Source: Prasinococcaceae sp. CCMP 1430
Lineage: Eukaryota; Plantae; Prasinodermophyta
Direction of reading: 5' to 3'
Length of the DNA: 64,000 bases
NCBI GenBank assembly: GCA_013416795.1
Contig: RQSC01000518.1
Location: 134,510-198,509 of the forward strand
Shown: piece after piece, positions 1 to 13,027 of the stretch
Layout: each line of letters opens with the position of its first letter
Numbering within the stretch: the first letter of the stretch is position 1
Program-made: the position numbers and the translations under genes
Notes under the pieces: generated by a model
What the model saw: the letters and a program-made list of their open reading frames with translations, nothing else
Database searches by the model: none
What the model was told of the DNA's origin: nothing

Positions 1-1
1 C

Positions 2-687
2 GAGCTTGGCATGCTGAGGGAGATGCTCACCAGCGCGAGGGACACCGCCAACGTGGTGGTTGACGTCCTCACGACGCCCGTGGACAAGCTCAAGGCGCTG
101 CTCGCCGCCAAGGACAAGAAGGCCCACATCCTCGAGATGGCGGGGAACGACGAGATCGACTCGCCCTTCATGGCGCTACTCGACCAGAACATCGAGGTGC
201 GTCCCCTCAGTGAGGGCCCGGTGCGCGCCCTTGCGCGCGCGCGCGGGCGCTTCGTTCGCGGGCACAGAGGTTGCACGCGCGCGTCGGAAATCGCCCGCGC
301 CTGCACTGAAGCCGCCTGCTGCGGCGTGAGCTCGCTCGGTGTGGAGGATCCTTAGTCATCAGACTTTGCGCTGACCCGCACGCGCGTCGCCGCCCCCTCC
401 CGTACCCCTCTCCGCCTGCCGACTTGGCACAGGCTGCGCGCATGGGCGGTGCGGACGATGCCGTCAAGTTCATGACCAAGGTGCGCGAGGCGTGCGACAA
501 GTGGTACGTCAAGGACGAGAACGTGAAGAAGGTGGAGGAGGAGATGGAGCGCCGCGCGCTGCTGGGCGAGGACGAGGCGGGCAACGTCATGTCGCTCGAC
601 CAGGCGCGCGCGAGCGGCGCCCAGGGAGGGCAGCAGCCGCCCACAGGCGCTGGGCCGCAGGAGCAGCCCTCGGGGCTCATCCTGTGA
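2..687 (+). CDS. 3' part of a probable plastid protein resembling plant PRDA1 (PEP-related development arrested 1); 5'-truncated by the window edge
   Basis: Exons <2-196 and 433-687, phase-0 intron 197-432 (GAG|GTGCGT...GCACAG|GCT). Spliced C-terminus ...AKDKKAHILEMAGNDEIDSPFMALLDQNIE-AARMGGADDAVKFMTKVREACDKW. The family call is from memory of the PRDA1 C-terminal helical region and is unverified. Confidence 0.55.
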
Positions 688-952
688 GCGGCCCGCGAGC
701 ACGTACCATACCATACCATACGCAGGCGCGCGCGAACGCCGCGCGCGCATGTGCGAACGCGCGCGCCACTGACCGGTGTTGGCGAGGGCGGACGCGCGCG
801 TCCGTGCCCCGCCGCGACAGTGTAAGGGACGCAAGTTCTGTCGGATGCGCCCTGCACGCACGCGTGTGGGACAGAGAGCGCCAGTGCTCGCTACGCGTGT
901 GCGTGAGTGTGCCTAAGGTTTAATAGTTCCTCTTCCCGCGGACGGTCCGCGC

Positions 953-1699
953 CTACGAGCCGAGCTTGAACGCGTCGAGGATGACGCCGTAGACGAAGCC
1001 CATTCGGAACCAGTAGAAGAGGTTGGCGAGCGCGCCCTTGTGCCGCAGCGAGTGGTACCAGCGCGAGTGCACCTCGCTTAGCACGAAGGTCATGCCAATG
1101 AGGATGAAGTCCTGGCCGCCGTCGACGGCTGCGCGCCGCCGCGCCGAACGCGCGAGCGTCCCGGTGCGGTGCCACGCGGGCGGGCGTATGGAAGGGGCAG
1201 CGGAGTGCGTGGGATTGGGGGCGCAATGAGGCAGCTGCGTCAGTCGGGGCGCTCAGAACCAATCCTGCGCACTCCTCCTCTTGACCGACCGGTCAACCCA
1301 CCGCGCACGTGCATGTGCACACACGCAGAGAGAGGGGGAGGGGAGGGGGGGGAGGGAAGGAGGGAGGGAGAGAGAGAGAGAGAGAGAGAGAGGTCGTGAT
1401 GGGAGGGGACGCGAGCTCGGCACGCACTCGCACTCACCGTTGGCGAGGTTGGCTATGTTTGCAAAGTATGTCGCCGCGGCGAAGGCGGTGATGTTCCAGA
1501 GCATGCGGCGGTATGGCCGCGCGGCGAGGTGGCGCGAGAGACGCGCGAACAGCGTGGTCGCGAGGGCGAACAGCCGCGAGTCCGCCTCTCCCGCAGCCCC
1601 GCCCGCGGTACCTGCGGTAGCGGTCGCGCGCGCCGCGCGACGGCGTGCTGCCGTCGCGCCCGCACGCCGTGCGGCCGCGCGCGCCACCGCGACGGCCAT
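953..1699 (-). CDS. ycf20: Nuclear-encoded Ycf20-like (DUF565) plastid membrane protein, 145 aa
   Basis: Exons 1699-1438 and 1128-953, phase-1 intron (AACG|GTGAGT...CGCAG|CC). Ala/Arg-rich transit peptide, hydrophobic helices and the diagnostic C-terminus FRMGFVYGVILDAFKLGS*. Not present in the ORF track as a single ORF. Confidence 0.85.
1369..1392. repeat. (AG)12 microsatellite within a purine tract in the ycf20 intron
   Basis: Read directly from the sequence. Confidence 0.95.
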
Positions 1700-2078
1700 C
1701 GCTCCTCGCAGGACCGCCGCGAGCCGTGGCGCGCCAGCTGTGGAGGCCCCGCCGCACGCCGTCCAGCCCGCGCTCGCTGTGCGCGCCCCCGCACGTGCCA
1801 GCTTTTTCAACTTGCGAAAATATCTGGCGCATGTGAACCCTGTTACTTTATGCCCTAAATCGATGTACAGTGCAAACCGTTTGCCTGCTGGCCTGATGAC
1901 GGAGCCTCTGCTGCGCCTGCGACCCTGCGCCGTCCGGCCAACCCAGCGCGGCAGGAGCGCGCTCGCAAAGTCAAATCCTGGGCGTGCGCGCGGCGCTGCC
2001 GGCGTGCGCGCGCGCGGCCGAGCGCGGCCGGACCCCGCCACGCATAGAGGATAGGCCGCCTCGCTGGGTCGGATGTAA

Positions 2079-4271
<2,193 letters not shown>

Positions 4272-4402
4272 GCGCGAGGTCGCCGCGCTTAGGAACTTCG
4301 TAATGCATTGTCGTACGTTAGTACTAGGTATGCAGTGTGCGCGCGCGAGCCTGGCGGCCGAGCCGCGAGCCAGAGAGAACAGCCTTCGCCTGCGCCCCTC
4401 CT

Positions 4403-6775
4403 TCAATTCACGATGCCGAGCTGCTTGACCGTGCCCCCGCGGGAAATGGCAGACACGAGGCGGGCGGCGCTCTGCGGCGCCCACACGTTGTTGTCGGCTA
4501 CGAGCGCGGTCAGCGAGGGCAGCATGCTCACGAGCGCTGACAGGGCACGCGCCCCGCGATCGCCAACATGACATGAGCTGATGCCGAGCGTGGTTAGGGG
4601 CAGATCGAGCGGCGGCCGCTCCAGCAGCAGCGTCTCCTCCTCGGGCGCGGCATCGACGGACTGCCGGCCTTTGGTGCACCCGGGCGCCAGCGCCTCGCAG
4701 AGAAGCTCGCAGCCCTCATTGCCGAGCACGTTCATGCTCACATCGAGGGCGCGCAGGCGCGAGCCCTCGGCCGCCGCGGCTTCGCCCAGCGCCTGCGCGC
4801 CCATCGGTCCCAGGTCGTTGACCGACATATCCAGCGTCTCCAGCGCGAGACCGCGCGTGAAGGGCCTCGCGAGCGCGACCGCCGTCTTGTCCGTGAGCCC
4901 GTTCTCCGCGAGCACCAACGAGCGTAGGGTCGTGTTCGAGCGTAGCGCGTCCACCACAGGATCCACCTGCGAGTCCCCCATCTGCGTGCAGCGCAGGTTG
5001 AGGTGCGTCAGCTCCGCCAGTGGCGGCGGCGCGCCCACGCGTCCCATCTCGGGAAGGAGCAGCCGGCACAATGCTACCGACGCGTGCACCGTGTGCAATC
5101 CCAGCACGTTGCCCGACAGGTCCAGGCTCACGAGTGGCGGACGCTCCGCCTTGTCGATTCCTATGATCCCATCCAGCAGCCTCCCGACGGTCTCTCCCAA
5201 GAGGTGATTGCGTGCCACAGACAGAGCACGCAGGTTGCGCATGTCCGCGCACGCTTCGACCAGTACGGGCACGTGTTCGGGCTTGAGATTGCAGCCACAG
5301 AGATCCAGCACGCGCACGCGCCGCAGCACGCCCGTCTGGAGTGGTGGCGGCGGGGCGCGCGCCGGAGCGCGCGCAGTGGCGGGTGGCAGTCGCGCCAGGC
5401 CCGCCAATTGCACATATTCGCGAGCGGAGGCCTCAGAGGTCTGCACGAGGTCTGTGTGCCGCGCACGACTCTCAGCACGCTGCGCAGCTAACTGCTCGGG
5501 CAATGGCGTCCCCTCCTCTGCGTGACCTTCGCGCGCCACCGCGTCCTGCCGGCCGTCAGTACTTGTGCGGCGCGTGTCTGACGCATCGTTCCCGTCTTCA
5601 AGAAAATCCTGTCTTCCCTCGTCGTTTGCCTCCGTGAGCGGTGGCGGGGCGCTCGCGAGCGGTAGGGCACCGCTGGTGAACACCGACCCACGTCGCAGGG
5701 CGGCATACACCGAGTAGCGTTTGCCGGCGCGCCCACCCGGCGCCCCACCCTTTGCAGAACTGATGCCGTCGTCCAACCCAGTGTTGCCGATGGGGAGGTT
5801 GACGGAAGTGTGGCGCCGTTTGCGCTCGGGTGTGTGCACGGCATAGGTGCCACCCGGCGCACCGTTTGCGCTGCCAGAGAAGCCGGTGGTGTCGGCGTCC
5901 AGCTCAGCACCATCGTGGGAGTTTGTGCCCGTCACAAGCGTGTCACCTTGCGCGGGTGCCTTTGCTGGCGCACGCTCCTCCATCGCACGCCGCGTTTTGC
6001 ACTCCGCGCGCAGTTCCGCTCGATACTCCGTGGCAACTGTCTCCATCACAGAGCGCAGAGACCATTCATTGAGGCGCCTGCGCTCCACTTCAAGGTTGAT
6101 GCGCCTTTGCACGTTCCGCCGAACCAACGGCGTGAGGCGCTCGCGCATGCTGGGCTGCTCGAAGCGCGCGCACAGCGCATCAAGCTCGGCCGCAGCGAGA
6201 GAGTCGAAGTTTTCTCGCATCTCCTCACGCAGGTCGGCCTCGCGGAGCGCTACCCACTCCTCAGCGCGATGCCGCACCTCCTTCGTGAAGGCAAGCTTCT
6301 TTCGTATGACGTCGCTGCAGACTCCGCCCCCTCCACCGCTCGCCCCGCGCTGCAGCCGCCGCTCCACGCGCCGCAGGTCTGCGTGCAGCTGCCTCGCGAG
6401 CTCGTCGGGCTGTGAGCTGCTCTCGGTGTCACCCTTGCTACCGCGCCTCTCGCTGCCATGCGACCCGCGCTCGTGCGCGCGCGTAGCGCTGACAGGTCCG
6501 CTAGTTGCGGCGCCGCTTTTGGATGCCGTGTCCTTGCTCGGCACGAGCCCCGCTATCTCTTCGGGCGTGAGGATGTGGTACAATGAGGCACGCCGCGCCG
6601 AATCAGACGCGCCGCTGCCGCCACCTCCGCCCCTGTCGCCGCCACTGTGTTCGTTGCCCGAGGTCGTTGCGTCGCTCGTCCGTCTGGGCCGTGCACCGGA
6701 GATGGGCTCCGAGACCTCGATCTCCGTTCCACCGGTGAACTGCACGCGCCCGGGCACCCGGGCCACGGCCGCCAT
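4403..6775 (-). CDS. Coiled-coil plus RNI-like leucine-rich-repeat protein (~790 aa)
   Basis: ATG 6775. Charged helical region (LREEMRENFDSLAAAEL...), then LRRs LRRVRVLDLCGCNL, LRALSVARNHL, LVSLDLSGNVLG, LRSLVLAENGL, LETLDMSVNDLG, LRALDVSMNVLG. The 3' end could be spliced further. Confidence 0.8.
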   Translation of the reverse strand: MAAVARVPGRVQFTGGTEIEVSEPISGARPRRTSDATTSGNEHSGGDRGGGGGSGASDSARRASLYHILTPEEIAGLVPSKDTASKSGAATSGPVSATRAHERGSHGSERRGSKGDTESSSQPDELARQLHADLRRVERRLQRGASGGGGGVCSDVIRKKLAFTKEVRHRAEEWVALREADLREEMRENFDSLAAAELDALCARFEQPSMRERLTPLVRRNVQRRINLEVERRRLNEWSLRSVMETVATEYRAELRAECKTRRAMEERAPAKAPAQGDTLVTGTNSHDGAELDADTTGFSGSANGAPGGTYAVHTPERKRRHTSVNLPIGNTGLDDGISSAKGGAPGGRAGKRYSVYAALRRGSVFTSGALPLASAPPPLTEANDEGRQDFLEDGNDASDTRRTSTDGRQDAVAREGHAEEGTPLPEQLAAQRAESRARHTDLVQTSEASAREYVQLAGLARLPPATARAPARAPPPPLQTGVLRRVRVLDLCGCNLKPEHVPVLVEACADMRNLRALSVARNHLLGETVGRLLDGIIGIDKAERPPLVSLDLSGNVLGLHTVHASVALCRLLLPEMGRVGAPPPLAELTHLNLRCTQMGDSQVDPVVDALRSNTTLRSLVLAENGLTDKTAVALARPFTRGLALETLDMSVNDLGPMGAQALGEAAAAEGSRLRALDVSMNVLGNEGCELLCEALAPGCTKGRQSVDAAPEEETLLLERPPLDLPLTTLGISSCHVGDRGARALSALVSMLPSLTALVADNNVWAPQSAARLVSAISRGGTVKQLGIVN

Positions 6776-7320
6776 GGCGGGCACACGCGCTCGCCCGCGC
6801 ACCGTCCGCTCTCACTAGGAGCGGCGGCGCGCTGCGCCGCCTGTCCCTCCCACACACACCACCCAAATGCGGGCGCGGCCCGCCGCGCTCCCGCTACCTC
6901 TCAGGCGTGCGCGCGCGCCGAACGCACGCGCTGTGGCTGGGGCTGGCCCGTCGGTGCAACCAAGCGCGAGGGCCCTTCGCGCACGCCCAACCCGCCCTCC
7001 CTTCATCCCCCCCCCTCCCCCCGTCCGATCCTCGGGGCAGCCCGCAGCCTGAGGCGCCAACCGTAACCGCCCAGCTGCGGCGAAACGGCCGAAACGGCGC
7101 GACTCCTACTCACCGCATCCCGCTGCCCTTTGGTTGGCGGGCTTCTTTTGCCTTTTCCCCTGCTACAAGCGTCGTCAGCACTCGTACGTGTAACTCTTCA
7201 CGATTATTATCAGCGGGGGCGGGGCAGGGCAGGGGCTGGGGGCGGGGCGTGAGAGGACGGCGCAGGTGGTGCAGGAGGGGAGGGGCAGGAGGCGTGTAGT
7301 GCCGTGGGAGATGGCGCTAG

Positions 7321-7495
7321 CACTGAAAGCAATCGCAGGTGACGTTGCGCTCGACGAGCATCCGCCTGGTGCGCCTCACGACCTTGACGCCAGCTGTGGC
7401 CCCGGACACTGAAAGCAATCGCAGGTGACGTTGCGCTCGATGAGCACCCGCCTGATGCGCCTTACGACCTTGACGCCAGCTGTGGTACCAGACAC
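7321..7495. repeat. Imperfect 86-bp tandem duplication of the sulfatase terminal coding exon
   Basis: Copies start at 7321 and 7407 (CACTGAAAGCAATCGCAGGTGACGTTGCGCTCGA...) and differ at 7 positions. Confidence 0.95.
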
Positions 7496-9308
7496 GTCCT
7501 GCAGGGGCGCGGCGGGTCCAGGCGGCGCGGCGGGTACCGTGGGGGTGAGCTTTCATGCGGGTGGAAGAGCACGCGCGCGTGCGCCCGCCCCGCCCGCGCT
7601 CCTGCTATGCGCGATCGCACACGAGAGCTCGGCGCGCGCGTGGGATCGCGGCCGATCGAGCACGTACCCTTTTCTCGAAAGGATCGGCCTGAAGGTCGAA
7701 AAGCTTGATCGGGTCCTTCATGGATGGCACGTGTTTGCACCTGCTGCCAACCGCCTTCCAGCGCCCCGCGCGCACTGAGTATGAGGTGAGGCGCACGCGT
7801 GGGGGTGCTTCTGCGGCGAGAGGCCCCAGAGCCGCTGGCGCTGCCGGGAATGCCTCCCCTTCCTCGCCCCATACCTGCTCCGTTCCGTCGTCGAACCACT
7901 CGTTGGCCCAAGCATTGGCGCCAGTGAAGTAGAGAAATTCGGCAGAGTCCAAGGGTAGGTCCTGCGCGTCCAACTCGCGCATGGCACGCGCGCGCCCGAC
8001 TACGCCTGCGCCGCCACGCAATTCTCCCTCGACGCCGTCGTCCCCGGGGCCGAGCAGCGTCCGCAGGAATGACCTGCCGTCGACGTCGTCAGGCACCGCG
8101 CTCGATGCGCCCGCTACTTCGGCGAGCGTCGGCAGCACGTCCCAGAACGCCCAGGGCACCCGGCTGACACTGCCCGCGCGCACTTTTCCAGGCCAGCGCA
8201 CCATCGTGGGAGATCGCACGCCGCCCTCGAACATGGACCTTTTGTGGCCCCTGAGGCCACCCGTCGAGTTGAAGAAGCGCACGTCGTGGCCGCCCTCCAA
8301 GTGCGCACCATTGTCCGACGCGAAAAGAACCAGCGTGTCTTTTTCGACGCCTAGCGCCCGCAGCTTCCTTACGAGCGCGCCCACGCATGTGTCCATGTAC
8401 GTGATTGCCGCGGCGTGGTCGCGCTCGACGTCGGGCCACGACGATTCATTGACGTACTGGAGGTCGGTCGGCACAGGTGCGCCTTCCTCGGCGGCATTGT
8501 CGGTCCAGCCCCCAGCATGCGGTACCGTCAACGAGAGGTAAAGAAAGAACGGGCGCTGCTCGGCCGATCCTTCTGCCGCCGGTGCCGCTGCAATGTTGTC
8601 AAGCCACTTAAGTGCCGCGCCAACGAACACGTCCGTGGTGTAGTTGTATCGCTCAGGCGAAGCCATGCATAAATCGCGAGACTTGGCCTTCCAGTTCAGC
8701 GTGAGGTTGCAGCCCCCAAGTGTTTCGCCCGCGTCTATCACCCTCGGGTACATATTATGGCAGTCTAACTGGCTGACCTGGCCGACGAACGCGTCGAAGC
8801 CGCTGGCTGTCGGCGTTGAGAGCGGCGCGGACTTGCCGAAGAGTGCCGTCGCGTAGCCGGCGCCGCTCAGCACCTCGCCTAGCGTGACTGCCTGTCCCGC
8901 TGCGAGGTGCTCGCCGTCATAACCGTAGCGCGCGAAATTGCCGGAGTGGCGCCCCGTCAGGAGCGCAGTGCGCGATGGCCCGCACACTGTGTAGCCTGCG
9001 TATGCGTCGGTGAAGCGCATGCCGCCAGCGGCAAAGTACTCGTCCAGAGACGGCGTCGCGATGCGTCCGTGCGGCGAGTGCGCACCGTATGCCCCCACTT
9101 CGCCGTACCCCAGGTCGTCAGCCATGACCAATACGATATTAGGTCGCGTGGCGAGCGCGCCCACGCCGTGCGCCGTGGCGGGCGCTGCGCGGCACGGCGC
9201 CGCCGGAGCAGCTGCGCAGCAAAAGAGCATCGAAGTCGCCAGCAGCCCGAGCGCCGCGGCCAGCGCTGGCCGCGCGCCGCGGCTGCCCGTGAGCCCCTTT
9301 CCGAGCAT
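7376..9308 (-). CDS. Secreted formylglycine-dependent sulfatase (arylsulfatase/S1 family), ~587 aa
   Basis: Signal peptide (ALAAALGLLATSMLFCCAAA), PNIVLVMADDLGYGE, catalytic CGPSRTALLTGR, FASDNG, GHKRSMFEGGVRSP, LFDLQADPFE. Exons 9308-7668 and 7498-7376 (AGG|GTACGT...CTGCAG|GAC). Confidence 0.9.
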
Positions 9309-9841
9309 GCGCCCCGTCCGGTGCCGGCCCATCGCTCGCAAACGCGCCTGTCGGAGCCTAGCTCCGCGGCCCCAACTGGGGCGCGCGCGCCCGTGCCTGT
9401 GGCGCCACACCACCTGCTGTGTGTGTGACAGCTGTGCGTGCCGGCGAGAGGGGCCTCGCTGCAACACATGAAGCTGCACTGCCAATGGATTCCCAATTCG
9501 AATGACAAATGCTGCTGGTTCCATGATGAGCGCTTGGCGCTTGTGCGCTCTCGAGTGCCTCGCGCGCCACACGGCCGACGCTCGCCGCTCGCGCGGCCCA
9601 ACGGCAGAGGGCGATAGCGCCGATGGGCGCGGCAGGCCGTGGAAGGAGCCCGTACCTGCCATCGACAGCAGCCGCGGGCCCGCGCGCGCGCAAGGGCGGC
9701 GACGGCGCTGGCCGCCGCAAGGGCGCTCGCTCCGATGGCAAAGAGCAGCCTCAGCGGCAGCAGGCGCTACAGGGAAGGCGGGAGGAAGGCGGCCACGGCG
9801 AAGGGGTCGACGGCGTGCACCCTGCGACGCAGGTGGTAGGC

Positions 9842-12628
9842 ATGCATGACCCGGGCCCCGTGCTCGGCGCGCTCTTCGCATCGCTCGAGGGTGCGCTGCG
9901 CTCGGGCGTTCGCTGCAACGTCGTGGGGTGCCCTGCAGATGAGTTCGCTTCGGCGGCCGAGCAGCAGCATCGCAGCGAGCGGTCCGGGCGTGCACCTTTG
10001 GCAGCGAGGTCGACGCGCGCGGCTGCAGGCGTGTCACAAAGCGCGCACGGCGCATGTCGCGAGGACGCTCTACTTCTTTCCGCTGGTCACGAGTGGCACG
10101 CGCCGCGCGCACGTGCGGCTGCGGACGCGGCTGCTGCCGCGGGCCGGCGCCGTGCAGCTGCTGCTGAGGCTCGCCGCGCGTCCGCCCTTGAGTGTGCCGC
10201 GGCCGCGCGCCGCCGCGCGGCTGCGTTTTCCTCCAACACCTCTGGTCGCATCGCCGCCCTCGACGCCGAGGAGCGCGCTCTCGCAGGACGACTCGGCGCG
10301 CGCTGCGAGGCTCTCCTTCGTAGGCACGATGGCGCGCTGATGCTGGCCGCTTGCGAGGCGCACAAGGCCCTCGCGCTGCTGGGCGAAGCCGCGAAAGTAG
10401 CCGAGGCGTGTGCTGTGCGTGAACGCTCCGAGGCGCATGTGACCTTCGCGTGGGACAGGTACCTCATGCGACTCGAGGAGGACATGCTCGGGATGGTCTC
10501 TTTCGACCATGAGGTCGCCGGTGCCGATACAGACGGCGACGGTGGCGACGTCGCGGACGCGCTCGCCGCGGCCGCCACTGCGCTCACGAGGCATGCGCTG
10601 GTTGGCGCCGACCACAAAACTGGCGGAGCAGTCACTGCACAAGGTGCCGACGTCTCCCGCGTAGTGCGCGTGGAGTACCGCACGGGCAGTGACAAAGCGG
10701 ATGCACGAGTGAGCGCCAGCGCAGACGACGTCCTCGCGATGGCTGATGCTGGTGCTGCTGTTCTGGAAGGCGCGTGGACCGCGCGGCGCGCCGTCAAGGC
10801 GCTGGGACGCTGGCGTGTGATGGCCCCGCTACAAGCTCCCACTGACCACGATGGGCTTTTGCGTGCACTGCTGACCAACTCGGCGGCGAGTGAGCTCGCA
10901 ACGGAGGGACGCGTTGGAGGGTCTTCGGCGGGTGTCTACGAAACAGCGACGTGCAGACGCCCGGCACTTCTGGGCGCGGGACGTGGTGGCGACCAGCCCG
11001 CGTCAGCTAGCGGCGCGGGGCGGCGAACGGCCAGGGTACGGCGCGCGGCGCTCGCGAGGATGCTGCACGTCGATGACGCGCGCAACCGTGCCTCGCTCGG
11101 CGAGGCTAGTGAAGTCGTCGTGGAGGATGACGACGTGGACCCCTGCTCCGCTCGCCGCTTCTTTCCACGGGGCACGTCGCTCGCACCTATGTTTCCACCA
11201 CGCATGCGTCTCACTTCGAAGCTCCTCGCTTGGCTTCAGTCGCCAGAGGCGCCCCAAGCTGATGCTCGCCTCTTCTTTTGCATCGAGGACTGGCTGCGAA
11301 CGCACGCGCGCGTCGAACACACCGTTCGCGGAGCGCTTGGGGCGCACGGTGCATCATCTGTCGCGTCGGCTGCCGCCGCGCCGGTGGCATACTCAGAGTT
11401 TCAGCCGTACGCCGCGCGCGACGACGTGGCGGAAAGTTTGGCTTCGCTGCCAGCCGCCGTGGCGCTGATGGCATCGCCGCTTGCTTCCACGGATGGCGAT
11501 GCCGCATCCTCCGTCGCAGGCTCATCTGTGGTGACCTGCAGCTCGTTGCGTGACGTCGTTGGCGGCGTTTTGGTCCTCCCGCGGGAGAGCAACGCCGCGG
11601 CCGCGAGTGGGACAACGGGTCCCGCGCTGCCGCCTTTGCACTTCGCGCCGGCATCGCTCCAGCAGCTGGTCGAGGTTGGCGCGGTGATCGATCTGCTCTC
11701 TGAGCACGAGGGCACAGGCGAGGTCCTGGCGGCGTATGGCGTTGAAGGTACCAAGCGACACGGGGGAGGGTTGGCCAACCTGTACATGCTTGAGGCGGCG
11801 CCGGGAGTTTGGGAAGGGAGCGCGGGCACTTCGACCGCCGCCATCACGCAGCACTCGCGCTTGGGCTCGACTTCGGGCTCGCGTGTGAGCACGAGCGTGC
11901 TGCGACCCCTTACGGAAGCCGAGATACGCGAGCTGACGGTTGTGTACCTATTACGCGATGGCGCCATCGCCGAGGATGCCGGCGCGGTGTGGCCTGCCAG
12001 TGACCGCACCGGGGGTGGCGACAGAGATGGAGAGGAAAAGGCAGACGAGACGGGGGGCGTCGGGCGCGAAGAGCTCGGCCTGCTATACAAGGACCCTCCC
12101 ACTGAACGGCTACCGGTTTGGAGGCAGCGCCAGTCCTCGCAGGCTGGCGACGCGCCAGAAGTGCGTCCGCGGTCGGAGCGCCCAGCGATGCTCGCCTTGT
12201 GCCGTGAGCCAACCGCGGAGGAGCGCGAGGTGCTGGCGGGGGCGGGGTCTGCCGTGCGCGCGCCAGCGGGTCACGCGCGCAAGACGGCCGTCTGCGCGGT
12301 CATGTGCAACGCTGCGGGGTGCATCGCGCCATCCGTCGCTGGCGGTGCTTACTGCGAGGCGCACGGCGAGATGGCGGGGTGGCTAGATTCCGACGAGGCA
12401 GACCGCTATGTGCAGCGGCAATTTGAGTCACGCATCCTGCCACACGCCGAGACGCACGAGTGGCCTGACGACGCCGAGCCGCCAGCGTGGTGGGGCAGCT
12501 CGTGGGCGTGCAGCTCTGAGTGGGTGCACCGCTCCAGCGACACGCTCGACGGGCTCGTCCATGGCGAGTTTGCACGAGCGGCCGATGCTGATGCTAGCGC
12601 TGTGGTGGGGATGGTGGGCGCGATATAA
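9842..12628 (+). CDS. Hypothetical protein (~930 aa) with one C-x4-C-x10-C-x2-H zinc-finger-like motif near the C-terminus
   Basis: Long ORF with plausible codon usage, divergent from the sulfatase. Motif MCNAAGCIAPSVAGGAYCEAHG. The start codon and any introns are uncertain. Confidence 0.55.
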   Translation: MHDPGPVLGALFASLEGALRSGVRCNVVGCPADEFASAAEQQHRSERSGRAPLAARSTRAAAGVSQSAHGACREDALLLSAGHEWHAPRARAAADAAAAAGRRRAAAAEARRASALECAAAARRRAAAFSSNTSGRIAALDAEERALAGRLGARCEALLRRHDGALMLAACEAHKALALLGEAAKVAEACAVRERSEAHVTFAWDRYLMRLEEDMLGMVSFDHEVAGADTDGDGGDVADALAAAATALTRHALVGADHKTGGAVTAQGADVSRVVRVEYRTGSDKADARVSASADDVLAMADAGAAVLEGAWTARRAVKALGRWRVMAPLQAPTDHDGLLRALLTNSAASELATEGRVGGSSAGVYETATCRRPALLGAGRGGDQPASASGAGRRTARVRRAALARMLHVDDARNRASLGEASEVVVEDDDVDPCSARRFFPRGTSLAPMFPPRMRLTSKLLAWLQSPEAPQADARLFFCIEDWLRTHARVEHTVRGALGAHGASSVASAAAAPVAYSEFQPYAARDDVAESLASLPAAVALMASPLASTDGDAASSVAGSSVVTCSSLRDVVGGVLVLPRESNAAAASGTTGPALPPLHFAPASLQQLVEVGAVIDLLSEHEGTGEVLAAYGVEGTKRHGGGLANLYMLEAAPGVWEGSAGTSTAAITQHSRLGSTSGSRVSTSVLRPLTEAEIRELTVVYLLRDGAIAEDAGAVWPASDRTGGGDRDGEEKADETGGVGREELGLLYKDPPTERLPVWRQRQSSQAGDAPEVRPRSERPAMLALCREPTAEEREVLAGAGSAVRAPAGHARKTAVCAVMCNAAGCIAPSVAGGAYCEAHGEMAGWLDSDEADRYVQRQFESRILPHAETHEWPDDAEPPAWWGSSWACSSEWVHRSSDTLDGLVHGEFARAADADASAVVGMVGAI

Positions 12629-13027
12629 TGAACCTAATCTAATGATCGCGGCCGTCTCCAGAACGCGCCCCGTTTATTGTCCGCGCGTGCGCGCGACGTG
12701 CGGAGCGTGCTCGTGCGGCCATGGCGCCGGCCTGGCTCTGGCGTCTGTGCATTCGTGCAGTGCGGGACCGCTCACTCATTTGCGTAGTTCTTGAGGTTTG
12801 ATCTGTCCCACCAGAGCACCGTGGCGAGAATGACTTGCACACCCGGGCGCTCGACTTTGACTTCGAGCTCGTGCGAGCCTGCCTCGAGCCTCGGTGTCAC
12901 CATCGCGCAGAACTCCTTGCGGTTGTTCGCATGCCTCCATGCATCGGCCTCACCTCTGCTCTCGATGTCGTGTGCGCTTGGCGTCTTGTGCGCGAAGAGG
13001 GCCTTGACAGAAGGGACCTTTAAAAGG

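Noticed and set aside
7605-10112. 835-aa sulfatase ORF as given in the track
   Set aside because: The N-terminal ~270 aa precede the signal peptide and overlap the divergent gene's 5' region, and the C-terminal tail is intron read-through.
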